A stretch of 62,729 bases of DNA, the filler included, from Ionaspis alba (lineage: Eukaryota), in assembly GCA_964255285.1 (NCBI GenBank). It is 5 parts of 5 records of this genome, joined end to end, with 100 filler letters (N's around TTAATTAATTAA, not from the genome) between each part and the next. Parts side by side here need not be neighbours in the genome. Positions count along the whole stretch, not along the records: positions 37,772 to 50,203 come from CAXUUL010000509.1; 4 more parts are not named here. One strand, 5' to 3'. Position numbers and translations under genes: made by a program. Positions 38,240-50,303 of this stretch are shown in pieces. Each line of letters starts with the position of its first letter. Within the stretch, counting starts at the first letter, position 1. Under the pieces are notes generated by a model. That model was given only the letters and a program-made list of their open reading frames with translations. It was not told where the DNA came from and did not search any database.

Positions 38240-40988
38240 TCAGTTAGTCGGCAATCCACCCAAACGCCTCAACACCCGATCACGATGATGCCGATTCTTT
38301 AGATGAACCTCGAAGTTGTCCACTCCGGAGAGCGGGCCCGGCGTGTACAGCTTGCCAGGACAATCTTTACATTTGATGCGTGGGTAGAAGTAGAATTTGG
38401 TGTCTGGAGGTTGGGGTACGTCCTGGCGAAGGGTGATGGGGGTGTCCGTCACTCCCGAGACGGCGGTATAGCGCATCGTGCCTTCGAACTGATCGTGGGG
38501 GTATTTGGCTTGCAGAGCGGCGAGGGCGTTGGTGAGATAGGCTGGTGGAGATGGCTGAGTCGGCATAGTCAGTTTTCAAGTCTGTGGGTACGGTTGCGAC
38601 GACGCTCAACACAAGGAGGTACAGGCACACGGTCGCAGAGAGACCCGGTAGGGACCACTGTGTTGAGCTCTACATTTGGTAGGAGTGCCAACGATAGAAG
38701 CCTGATTTTATTACAGCTTTGACAAACTAACGGGAGTGCTCTTTTTGGAGGTCTAGACAAAGGAAAACAGCCATACACCATACGAGCATCGACTAATACA
38801 TATGAGGAGAAAAAAAGGGCAGTCTCACGATCGGATTATCCGGTCCAGGAGGACCAGAAGCAATTACCCTCCCCAGCTGTGCTGCTTCATTAACCGGAAC
38901 CTGCTGCTGGACCGCAGCGTTACTCGTCGTCTCTGGCAAGCTCTGTGTCTGCATTCGAGGCGTGGTCGAAGGCGGACCCATAGAGCCCGGTGGTGGCGCC
39001 GCCATGGCCGAACCAGCACTCAGAGACCTCGCATTTGACGGTCGACCCTTGGGGACCTGTGGCTGCAGGGATTCTTCCTTGCTTCTCGCTCTCTGGTCTC
39101 TAAGGAGCTGCTGGAACTTCTGTCGGGGTATCCGCAGCTTGACGATGAGTGTCGTCGGCATGTCCACACTACTGTCTTCGCGATATTCCCTGCCAAGAAC
39201 CTTTCGTCCGGACGTGCGTGTCTCGTGATGGTGGAGAATGGATGATTCTGGAGTGGCCGACCGGCCGAGATTCGCTCGCATTGCTGCTTGGGCGGCGGAA
39301 GCTGCACCACGCATTCCTCGAGTCCGGGCAGTCCCGGTCAGTAGGTGGGAGGGAATGGCTGGGGAATCCGGAGAGGAGTCCTCGCTATCTGAGTCTTCCG
39401 AGTCTTCGATGCCGTCTCTTTGACCTAGACCGGCCCGTCGTGCCTTGCCGGATGTTGCAGCAGTGCGCTTGAAGATTCTACTGTCTTCGAGTGTTTCTGC
39501 AGCACCAGGGAGGACCGAGGATATAACTAGGGTACGTATGGTACGTCTCCGGTCTTTGAGATCCGGCAGGGCAGGACCACCACGGCGGTTGACGGACCGC
39601 TTCTGTCGACGCTCTTCTCTCGACAATGACAGCTCCGTCTTCTCTAGCTCTAACTCGTTGAGCTCGTAAAGATATGGCGTGAAATCTTTAGCAGCTTGAA
39701 AGGGACGGAATGTCGACGCGAGCGGAGACGGTAAGAAAGCTGAGCTCAGTTCCTGGTCTTCTATCGGCCTACCATCAAACGGATGGCCTGTTATATACAA
39801 GCTGCGAGTGAAAAGTTGACTCTGTTCTCGGATTGAATGGGCAATCGCAGTCGTGAACTCCCCGCTTAGGGAAAGATCACGTGCCATCTGTCTGGCAAAA
39901 TCCTCTGGTGAGTTAAGTGGATTGTTGATTTCCCATTCGAATTGGTCGACGAGTGTATGCTGACCGATTGTAATGTTCAGCTTGATGAGTATTCGCATTT
40001 CGTCGTTTTTGTATGCGGAATATGGCAAGTGTGGATCTAAGGCTTCTTCATCGATGTAGGCATGAGGGTGAAAATCTTGGATTTGTTCGCGGAGATGGGC
40101 AGTGACCTGGTGCACAAGGGGTCCACATTGTTCCAATGGTAGGTTGAAGTCCTCCACTAATTTCTCAGCGAACAATTCAGGTGGTACTACTCGATCATGA
40201 ACATTCCAAGTGAAGGTGTCGCGTAATCGAATCTTGTCCCATTCGATGTCCAGACGCACGGGTACAAGCTCATCGAGTTGATCTGCTTGAGTACCACGAT
40301 CTCTCTTGGAAACATGCAGTTCTTTTGTTTTCCTCCCACCTGGACGTTTCCGTTGGTGTGGATAGACCAACTTCAGGCCTCCATTTTTATTATCTGTTGT
40401 GCCGTTACCATAGCCAGCATAACCACGTCCGAAGACAGAGCCTGGATCGTTTAATCTCTGGGGGATTTTTGCTTGGTAGCCGGTCCATGTGTCCCGTTTA
40501 TATTTCATGATTTCGCCCTGCGCTACTTCGTTGGTCACGAGAGCGGTGGTATACTCCATGTCATTGTGAGCATACTGCTCGATGATGACCTTGTCCTTTA
40601 TCTCTTTTGTTCGATGTACAACTTTTCCTAGAGATTGTCGAGATGTTTGGGGCATGCGAGTACCTGATCGAGATCGTTTCCTGCCTTGCTGGAGATCTCT
40701 CGATTGCGCGTCGGTCATACTAGGAGATACGATCGGCGCGGTGGTTGTTCTACCACCAGAGGCAGGATGGGTGGGTAAGCCCGAAGCTGCCATGAATGCT
40801 TTTGCCCTCTGCTTTCCCTGCTCAATTACGCTGTTCGCCGTTGTGTCCGATGGAGCGCCATTGGTGGCCAGCGGCCCAGTGAGGGTAGGCTGATGAGCTT
40901 TTGGTTCCGCTGTACCGTTTTGAGCAGATGTTGAAGGGGGAATTCCATTCTGTTGAGTAGCTGGCGAGGCTGGCTGTGGTGAAGGCAT
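38240..40988 (-). CDS. SNF5: SWI/SNF complex subunit Snf5, 2 exons
   Basis: SNF5 repeats LVPVRLDIE..LRDTFTWN and RILIKLNITIG..LVDQFEW..PEDFA..LSLSGEFTTAIAHSIREQ. C-terminal RIKCKDCPGKLY..FEVHLKN motif. Intron 38828-38555. Confidence 0.93.
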
Positions 40989-42718
40989 GTTGAGTTTGGC
41001 GAGACGATGCCGGAGGGGAAGAATATCGCAGCGCGCCTTGCGACAGCGACGCAATCATCTATCAAGGTCGTGAGGGTACCATCGCAGCCTCTGGTCAGAT
41101 AGAGGTACATGTCAGCCGATGGATCTCGATAAATACGCGTTGCCATGTTTACTCGGAAACCATTGCCAGGGGAGGACAATGGGCTGCCAGTACTACATGG
41201 AAGCGCTGATGCGACCGTGTGGATAGCGGAGCAGCATCATCCACAACGAAGAGGACAACGACCACCGCGACGGACTATTCAACGAGAAGGAAAGACCTGA
41301 GGCTAAAACGAGAAGGCAACACACATACCAGGCTTATAGGGATTCCTATATTATTACTGGGCGGAGGTCGCGTCGAGTGGCCCTCGGGGCAAAGCGTGGT
41401 GGACAGGCAGGATGGGATGCCGAGAAACGACCCGGAAGAGGAAAGGAATGCACCCAAAATGCACCGAATGAGCGGTAAGCCGGGATGCCGATACGTGTGT
41501 GAGTAGTAGTGTCGTCGTGTTTTGTGGTCTGTCTCTCCCTTTTCTCGTCTGCAGCTTGTGTGTGCCTTGTTGTTCCTCGTGGCTATCCTAATGGATTCTA
41601 GATTGACCTGTCATGCTCATTCGATGGATTTCCTTGCGTTGCAGTTTCAGGCTTTCCTTCCCGGTTGGTTGCGCATCGAGGAGAGGGGGCAAACGAGGTC
41701 TTGTCCACAGTGGATCAGCTAGTAAGACGGCCCTAGTGGCTGAGAGACTACTGTATCTCGAGCTGGATCTGGGTTTGTCCCTTCACGGAGGTAAAGCAGG
41801 GAAGAACAGTGAATAATAGATTGATAACCACTCAACAGCTAATCATGATCCATGAATCCTTTCCATCTCAGGCAGATCTAGCCAGCTCCGTACGTGATGG
41901 GCAGTTCCTGCACCACTAGGTACATTTCATCCCGCTTATGCATTCGCTCTACCAACAACGACAGGCACCTGTGGACGCAAACTTGGCTGTGATATCAACA
42001 GTGTATCCTCAATAGCTTCATCCCAAACCCAGTAGCGTACGAAGTATAACACACAGATCCAAATCTACAAAAAGGATTCTTGGTCGCTGGCACTAGTACT
42101 GGCACGACATAGAATGCCCTGGTCATGAGCTGTGGTTAGAATCCAAAGGCTGAAAACATGAGATCTTGGTCCAATCCAACGGCCTTGGTCAATCAAACTC
42201 TCTTACAGGTCACTCTGGTTCCATGGACTCCTATGTTCGTCAGCATATCCAAGACTCTCTCTTTCCCACAGTAGAGCCTTGTATTCGGTTTTTCTTGGCA
42301 AATTCCACCCGAACAGGCTTAGCCCAACGGAGCGGGAGGACTGAAGCTCTATCACAGCCATGGATCAATCTCCAGAGCTTCGACGGAGGGAGTCATGATC
42401 TGCTGAATGTCAGCTTTGATCCACTCCAGTCCAAACCAAAATAATGCCTCCGCTACTACATAAGCCTGCCTCGCTCTCATCCTCTTCGTTCTTTGGGGGT
42501 GGATGTAGATATCCCCCTCACCCATATTCGTTGGCATAAACACTTTCCAAAACTTTCTAAGACTTTCAACAGCTTCCAAACAAACTTCCAGCTTACTACA
42601 AGCTACCAAACAATTGCTATACAACACACTCTTGAGCCCTCACAAGCTCCAAAGCTTCACCACATCATTCATCTTCTAACGTACCTTCACACCAATCTCG
42701 TCTCGAATCACCGTCATC

Positions 42719-44266
42719 ATGGGTGTCTCAGCGCCCCCCCCAGATATTCCCGGACAGCGGGCAGAAGGCCCTGTTCTCAGAGCCTTACGCGAAGAGGTCA
42801 GTTGGCTCCTCGGACGTGGCGACAATCTCCGCTTTCCTGGCGCGCAACCCGTCAGCTTCGCCGCTCGCCATCTCGAGGAGCTCCAAACACAAGACTACTA
42901 CGTCTGCGAGAAATCGGATGGCATTCGTTGTCTCATGTATCTCACCGCCGACCCTAATGGCGCCGAAGCTACATACCTCATCGACCGAAAGAATGACTAC
43001 TACCGCATTCCGAATCTCCACTTCCCCACCGCCGAAGATCCTTCTCTCTTCCACACACGCACCCTTGTCGACGGTGAACTCGTCCTCGACCGGCAACGAG
43101 ACGGCAGCCTACAGCTCAAGTATCTAGTTTTCGACTGTCTCCTATACTCCGGCACGAATTGGATGCCGAAGCCACTCGACAAGCGCATCGCCTACTTCAT
43201 CGACAAAGTCCACAAACCACATCGGAATTTCTTCGCGCAACATCCACATCTCGTCCCACACCTCCCCTTCCACATTGAACGCAAGGACTTCAAGCTCAGC
43301 TATGGCATCGACATGATGTTCCGCAACGTCCTGCCCAACCTCCCACACGGCAACGACGGCCTGATCTTCACTTGCGTCAACTCCCCTTATCATCCGGGCA
43401 CCGATCCACACATCATCAAGTGGAAAAAAGCCGAAGAAAACAGCATCGACTTCCTGCTCAACCTCGACTTCCCCATCGTAGACCCCGACGAAGAAGACCT
43501 AGCCGCCGGCGTCACAATCCCATACCCCGACTATGGCGCCCTGCCCATCTTCCAGCTCGCGGTTATGCAAAGCGCAGGCAACTACATTCCCTACGGAACG
43601 ATGCACATGGACGAAGCCGACTGGGAAGCCCTCAAAGCCCAAGGCGACCGGTATCACGACCGCATCGTCGAATGCTACATGGATAGCGAGCATCGCTGGC
43701 GCTTCATGCGCTTCCGCGATGACAAAGAGGAGCCGAACCACATCTCCACCGTCGAAAGCGTCATCGAAAGCATACAAGACCGTATCGAAGAGAAAGACCT
43801 CATCGCCAACGCCAAAGCCGTCCGAGACGCCTGGAAGCGACGCGCTGCTGCTGTAACCGCAAATGCCAGAGATGGTCCCGCCTGGCCTGGTCCCGGTCAG
43901 CATCTGCAACAGCAGAGACTCGAGAGCACGACCCCGAGACGACCCAGTCCTCCCAATAACAAGGAGAATGCTCCGGTACAGAGACAGAACAACACCGCGC
44001 AACGGACTCAGGCGCCGCCGCCGCCGCTGCCGACGACACAGAGGACTACTCCCCCTCAGCGAACGACTCCTCCGCAGAGAACGACTCCTCCCGGACAGCA
44101 ACGTGCTGTATCTGGACAGCGAACACCTCCGGGACAGAGGAGGAGTCCTGGCCAACGAGTGTCTCCGCAGGGCCAGAAGAGGAGATTGAGTCCTGAGGAA
44201 GCGGCTGCCGAAGAGCAGGCGGCACAGAGGAGACGGATTATGGCTACTAACCCGCGGGCTTGGTAG
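42719..44266 (+). CDS. CEG1: mRNA capping enzyme alpha subunit (RNA guanylyltransferase)
   Basis: FPGAQPVSF, motif I YYVCEKSDGIRC, TLVDGELV, YLVFD, NDGLIFT, IIKWK and WRFMRFRDDK. Intronless. Confidence 0.96.
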   Translation: MGVSAPPPDIPGQRAEGPVLRALREEVSWLLGRGDNLRFPGAQPVSFAARHLEELQTQDYYVCEKSDGIRCLMYLTADPNGAEATYLIDRKNDYYRIPNLHFPTAEDPSLFHTRTLVDGELVLDRQRDGSLQLKYLVFDCLLYSGTNWMPKPLDKRIAYFIDKVHKPHRNFFAQHPHLVPHLPFHIERKDFKLSYGIDMMFRNVLPNLPHGNDGLIFTCVNSPYHPGTDPHIIKWKKAEENSIDFLLNLDFPIVDPDEEDLAAGVTIPYPDYGALPIFQLAVMQSAGNYIPYGTMHMDEADWEALKAQGDRYHDRIVECYMDSEHRWRFMRFRDDKEEPNHISTVESVIESIQDRIEEKDLIANAKAVRDAWKRRAAAVTANARDGPAWPGPGQHLQQQRLESTTPRRPSPPNNKENAPVQRQNNTAQRTQAPPPPLPTTQRTTPPQRTTPPQRTTPPGQQRAVSGQRTPPGQRRSPGQRVSPQGQKRRLSPEEAAAEEQAAQRRRIMATNPRAW

Positions 44267-45349
44267 GGAGTATTGATTGGATTTGTGATACCCGTGATGC
44301 TGACTTTTGGCGTCTTTTCTGACTTCCCAAGCGTTTTTTCGTACTTTAACGTTTTTGGTTTTATCATTCAGAGCGCGCGTCTATCATTGCTTCTTTATTC
44401 CTGCTACTACTGCTGTTGCTTTAAACTCTTCATAGACATAGAAAAGACCAAAAACAATGAAAAATTTCAATGAATCCACTTCTCCCTCACCATGGTGTGA
44501 CAATCTACTCATGCTCATGGTCACTACCAACGTCCGCGCCCATCTGCTCGCCACGGGCGCCTACATGATCGTCGCTGGGATAAGATGGGTATGCAAGATA
44601 AGTGTACCACAATCTACGTGTTCATCGCGCGTGGCGACGTGATACCCGTGGATTGGCATCACGTGGTTGACGTGTCCGATGTGACATCAGGGCATGGCCG
44701 AGAGAGCGTGCGGGAAGTGGTATGGCGGATGCGGGAGAGCGGCAAGAAGGGATGTGGGCAGATCGCACAAGGGAGGTTGCATAATGGGTCTTTGTGGAAA
44801 AAGGGGACTTCTTCAATCTAGGGGTCTAGCTACTGCTGGTCGAGGTTGTACTGGTGGATAGGAAGGTGGTTGCTGTCATCATTTATTTCTAGAGTCGAGC
44901 ATGTTGTTTGTATCACTCAAAATGATTTACGAAGATATTGGTGAAAGCAGATGAGAACATCTCACTTGATATGTGTGAGCCACGCAATGGTAGACCTTGG
45001 GACAGCCAATAGTGGAAACAGCTATTTCGTATCCTTCTTCCTTTCAATCTAGGTTTAAGTAACAGGGGACATAGATGCCTCGCCAAACTTTTTAGGGATG
45101 TGGCAGAAATGCAAGAATGCAAGAATGTCGGAAAAAGACGCATGAGGTGTAAGCTCTTAGATGATCAACACAACGTTCTCCCAAGACCAGCGCGAGCGGA
45201 GCTCTGCTCTGTACAGGGCGGGAGGTCCTTGGTAACAGACACGGAAAAAGGACATTTGTCATGAAGAATCGATCGCCCGCCTTGTATTGCACGAGCCATC
45301 TTCCCATACATCCTTTCCGCACCTCAACCAGACCACCCGTCCTGTGAGC

Positions 45350-46447
45350 TCACTCTCCTTCAACCTCACGCAGGTGCAGCAATTTCTTTAGACTCCCATC
45401 CAGACGCTGCATACTCCCATCAACCAACTGCTTCTCATAGCTCAAGTCTCCCAACATGGGACTAGCCGTCGGATTCTTCCTCACCGGCTTGCCCTCCACG
45501 CTCATAGCGCCGAGACTCTGCTTTCCCATCTCCACAGACTTGATTTCCACGACCGGCTCGTGCTGCTTCGCCTGTCCCATGTTGGCGACGAAATCATACG
45601 GGGTGCCGGCCTCGCTTTCCTCGGACGAGGTGCTCGTCGTCGGTGTATGGCTCAGACTCGGGGCAGTACGAGCCATAAGGATAGAGGTCGTGCTTCGACC
45701 ATGCAAGCCGGGACGACGAGGTACAGGAGAGGGAGTTGAACGGTGGAACTGAGCGAGATACTCGAATGCTTCGGACGAGGCACGGGTCTCTATGTCGGGC
45801 TTCCATTCGGTTGGATCAAGATCCGCCTTGGCATTGTGGAGCTCAGGAGGTATTGAGGAGGAGGTAGTAGGGCTTGTGATTTTCCGGCGGCTGGTGAGGC
45901 AACGTGTGGTCTGGCCGAAGACGTCTATGGTCTCCGCGGTTGGGGAGTGGGAGGGGAAGGTCGAGGTGTAGGCTGCTAGATAGGTATCGGCGGAGGGACC
46001 CTTGGAGCCGTCGCGGCGGCGGCAGCTGGGAGAGGTGGTGTCAGCTGAGTGGGAAGGCATTGAAGCTAAGGGAGTGGGAGGATTGAGGATGATGAGGTAC
46101 CTTTCGGAGCAGTAGAGGATGGAGTTGTTGGGAACGAGGATCTGTTTCTCGCACATGGCACTAGATGGCTAGCGTCAGCATGGATCGAACAATTGGCCAA
46201 AGAGGCGGTGAGAAGGGGAGAGATACCAGTATTGTAGAAAGCTCGAGGCCATGTCGTTGTTGTTGTCGTCGTCGTTATCGTCCTTGGGAGCTGAAGGCTC
46301 GACAGCCTTAAGCCTAGCAGCTCGCCCAGAGGATAGCTTTGGATTGCTCAAAGTCCTGGGCAGAGCGGTAGGACGAGGGACCCGGACAGTAGATCGCTTC
46401 AGATGGGAGGGTGAGGTGCGCTGGTGAGCATAATGGATAGTGGTCAT
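45350..46447 (-). CDS. Ecl1-family (life-span regulatory factor-like) Cys-motif protein, 3 exons
   Basis: Spliced MASSFLQYCAMCEKQILVPNNSILYCSESCRRRD using introns 46226-46161 and 46100-46026. Confidence 0.8.
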
Positions 46448-48057
46448 AGGAACCGGAACAAGAGGGCAAGAGACGGCGATGAGGCTGTCTCTTTCTTAAA
46501 TGAAAAGATCTTCTCGAGGCTCGTACAGAATGAGAGAAGGAACTAATTAAGATGATGAGATCCTGAGGTCGTCTCAGATCTGCAGGTCGAGGAGCGTAAG
46601 CAGCGAAGTGCCCCCGTCCTAGCGTACTGCACGAAAACGCCGGCTAGTAGAGACGCCCGTGTGAAGAGAGAGCGGATCCGTGGCTCAAGCTCGCAGTGGC
46701 TTATCGGAAGATCGCGTCTCTGTTCGAGACAAGGATTAGAGCGGAACTGGAGCTTTGCCCTAAGTGACGATGGGAAGGGGAGAATGCAGACGGAGGATGT
46801 GGAGAAGGGAGGAATGATGCAGTTGCAGCTGGGTGGGGGGCAGAGAAGAGAAAATATACGCACGATGATCAAGTCGAGGTCCCAGACTCGAATGCAGTTC
46901 TCCGACAGCGGAGTCAGATCGACTGACGGCTGCACTTTCGGAGGTGACACCAATGACCGTTATACTCTTGTGTGACTGGCTGGAGATTCTGGATATGAAG
47001 TTGCAGTGGTAAGGCAGGGTAAGGGTAAGTGCTGATGGGAGAGAGTGAACGAGTGGGCGAGTGAGTCAGTCAGTCAACAACAGCTAAAGGCCAGCGAGAT
47101 ATCGGCACGCGCTTATCAAGTTCCGATAAAAGGAGCGCAGAGGAGGGCGTCCGGGCGTAAAGTTAAGATACACAACGCAGCGAACAAATTCCACGTTTTC
47201 CTTTGTTCTCTTCTTTCGCCAGTGGTGATAATAATAGTGACGTGCGTTGCTTTCATCAAAGTCATCCATTCAACAGACAACAATGCCTCCGTGAATACAA
47301 GTTCCTGGTCTTTGCATATGATTATGTTGTGCTATCTGATTTACGGGAACTGTTGATGGCGACATTGGTATGCCTTCAGCTGCCATCTACGCCAAAGCCA
47401 AAACGGTCAGCGCATCATCAGAATGATGGATCTCTACCAATGGCCGATTCGAGATTCCCATGACTAGCAGCGGCTTTCCTACGATCAGACCGTTGTCTTT
47501 CGCATACAGAATTTTTTTTCTTTCTTTTCCCTGCTGGTCGGCCCAAAGCGAACTCGTGGAGTACCTTCATCCGCACCTAAAGCCGCACGTTCTCGACCTG
47601 TCAGCGCCAACGAGACAGTACCCGCCAGACGGGTAATTGATGCATTGGCTCGCATCAAGGAAATCACTCGGCTCATGATTCCCATATGTAAGGGACGTTG
47701 CCAATTTTCCGTGCCAGTCCTTGCTTGATTGCCGAAATCTGGGGGAAACGCGGCACGCGCAGCCGTGCTCGCTTTCCCCACAAGCCAGCAGCAGCAGCGA
47801 TATGATACAAGTCGTCCACTTATCCGGCAGGAACGCAAGATCGCGCAAGATCTCCATATGCTTCGGTATGACGGCACCGACACCGACGCAGCTTTCTCTC
47901 GATGATTCCTCGATCTCTTCGTGGAACGGTAATACGACCAAACGGCCGTGCGTGGTCGAGATCACGACCCCAGACTAGATGCATTACACTGTCGGGTACG
48001 ATGCGCACACCCGCGATAGGTCGCTGCGCAGGTCGTATGACTCTCGTCTTGCTTTTT

Positions 48058-49716
48058 TCATGGTTTCTGGAGAAATTTCTCCGGTACACCCCTTGCTGCC
48101 GTCGCTATAGGGCCCACATAGCAACCAAGTAAATTACTCCATCGCGATCCACCTTCCCTAAGCTTTTGGATCTCTTTGTACGCGTAGGCATTGACATAAG
48201 GTAAGCCCGTCCTAGGATCGCGGAATCTCGCTGGATGTCCAGTAATGGCGCAAGCTACCGGTGCGGTTTCTATTGATTTGTCAGCGCTGTGTAAATGATA
48301 CGCAAAGAATATTTGAGAGAGGCGGCTACTTTGTAGTTTGACGTTACGTCTGCGGACTAACACATGGTTTTGTAGCTCCGGGGCTCGACTTGCATTGCTA
48401 TCCATGTTTTTCAACATCACTAGGTTCCGAGTTGAGTATTCGATGACGGGAGGAGGCGGTGGAGGCGGAGGAACAGGTGGCGGAGGATGGGCGATCTGTA
48501 TCGTCTGGTTGATGAAAGTATGCGAAGGACCTTGGATCGGTCCGCCTGTGGACTGATCGTGTTGAGGTAGAGATGCATAGTAATGTATACCATCAAGGAA
48601 CGTCGAAGGACCTTGAATCGGTATTGAGGCTGCCTGAGGAGGAGGGGGTATCATTAATTCACCAGTCGCCGGTTTGGATGAAATGCTTCCCATTTGCGAA
48701 CGATTTAGGATGGGAACTTCTACCCTTATCGTATCTCCTCTTGGTGGGACATGACTTGTGCTGGAGGCATTCGTAGTAGCAGCCACTTTTGGTGAAGGAA
48801 CATCGATGGCAGAAGGTTCTTTGACCTCTTCGACCTCTTCGACCATATTCTTGGCACCGACGTGAACGAGCTTGCCATTGACCCATTTTGACGGCCCGCT
48901 CCACCAGGATATCACGGGGCCTTGAAGCTTTCGGTTCTGGAGAGCCGCGAGCCGTGCTTTCTGCTCCTCTAAACGTTTCCTCTCCGTTATCTCCCATTTG
49001 TTGAGACTCTTCGCATTCTTCTTCTCTGTGCGAGCAGCTTCGGCTAGGCGATCTTCTTGCGTCATGGATTTCGGTTTCGAGGCCTCTTTCCTTTTCGCCG
49101 CGGCCTCCATGACTTGGATCTGGCGACGGCGTCGTTTCTCGCTTTCTTGCATCCGTTGATGCACAACCTCCTTGTTCTGGACGGTCTGCTTTCGAGACGA
49201 AGACCGGACGGGACCCTCATCAGGTGTTGGTAACCACGAGACCCGTTCCGATTTCTTTTTGGGCCGAGGGGCAGGTGTACTCGGAATCGCCAAAGTCGTC
49301 GTCGGGTCGACTTTGACCTTTGTCTTCGGCCTTCGGAAGACCTCTTGAGCCTTGCGCTTCTTCCGGCGCTCCGCTCTATCCTGTTTCTGTATTTCCGCCT
49401 CTCCTTCAAGATCGTCAGCTCCAGCCGTTAGCCCCTGATCGTCGTCATCAGACGAAGAGTCTAGCTGGACATCCGATGCATCTTCACCATCTCCCCCTTC
49501 GAACTCGTTGTCTTCCTCCTCCTCATCTTCGGCGAAGAGAAGCTCCAACTCATCGTCGGCTTCTTTGTCGAGCAACGACGAGAGCCTGTTCCCGGCAGTC
49601 GCCCGCTTGGCTCTTCCAGCCACCAAGGATTCGACGGGAGCTTCGTCTTCGCTTTCGTCTGCGGAGGAATGTGAGGCTTGGATTTTGGAGGATCCGGGCG
49701 ACGAGCCTTGCGACAT
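48058..49716 (-). CDS. VPS72: SWR1 complex subunit Vps72/Swc2 (YL1)
   Basis: RAKRATAGNRLSSLL, an acidic tract, MTQEDRLAEAARTEKKNAKSL, and YL1-C CAITGHPARFRDPRTGLPY. Probable 60-nt intron 48329-48270. Confidence 0.92.
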   Translation of the reverse strand: MSQGSSPGSSKIQASHSSADESEDEAPVESLVAGRAKRATAGNRLSSLLDKEADDELELLFAEDEEEEDNEFEGGDGEDASDVQLDSSSDDDDQGLTAGADDLEGEAEIQKQDRAERRKKRKAQEVFRRPKTKVKVDPTTTLAIPSTPAPRPKKKSERVSWLPTPDEGPVRSSSRKQTVQNKEVVHQRMQESEKRRRRQIQVMEAAAKRKEASKPKSMTQEDRLAEAARTEKKNAKSLNKWEITERKRLEEQKARLAALQNRKLQGPVISWWSGPSKWVNGKLVHVGAKNMVEEVEEVKEPSAIDVPSPKVAATTNASSTSHVPPRGDTIRVEVPILNRSQMGSISSKPATGELMIPPPPQAASIPIQGPSTFLDGIHYYASLPQHDQSTGGPIQGPSHTFINQTIQIAHPPPPVPPPPPPPPVIEYSTRNLVMLKNMDSNASRAPELQNHVLVRRRNVKLQSSRLSQIFFAYHLHSADKSIETAPVACAITGHPARFRDPRTGLPYVNAYAYKEIQKLREGGSRWSNLLGCYVGPIATAARGVPEKFLQKP

Positions 49717-50203
49717 GGCTAAGCAGTGAGCAGGAGAGTTGTCTCCAGAAAATGGTGGATCTCGAGAGTCTGCCGCGGCAAGGGTCCCGCGCCTCAGATG
49801 CGCGAGTGGTGTTGGAACAGCTCGGTCAGTGATGCAAGGGAGAAAAGTTAGGGTACACTATACAGACGAAACGCAGTAGCTTGTAGTTTATTCTTCGTGC
49901 TTCTTTCGTAAGCCTCGAATGTCGAAGGACATGAGCCTGTCGTGCTTTCCCGTTCATGGCAAGTAGCTCAGCCTTGCTCGTATTCGGCGAAAGCGTGGTT
50001 AGGATCAACACATGTCGCGGCACACGAGAGATCTACCTCTAAAAAAGCACATGCACGGCAGAACAGTGTTGCTTGATTGAGCCCCCGTTGTGAGCGAGTG
50101 CCGTTCCCGCAGAGCATTAATATTCCTGGCTGACTTTCCGTAGCGCGTTTCAAGTTCCTTGGGGGACAATTAGGGATGTTAGGGGCATTAGGGGGGTCGA
50201 AGG

Positions 50204-50303
50204 NNNNNNNNNNNNNNNNNNNNNNNNNNNNNNNNNNNNNNNNNNNNTTAATTAATTAANNNNNNNNNNNNNNNNNNNNNNNNNNNNNNNNNNNNNNNNN
50301 NNN
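50204..50303. other. Artificial scaffold linker
   Basis: N44-TTAATTAATTAA-N44. Confidence 0.97.

Noticed and set aside
38240..49716. SNF5, CEG1 and VPS72 as a transcription/chromatin gene cluster
   Set aside because: Ordinary housekeeping neighbours with no evidence of shared regulation.
50170..50196. Three TTAGGG near a scaffold end
   Set aside because: Not tandem, so not a telomere.
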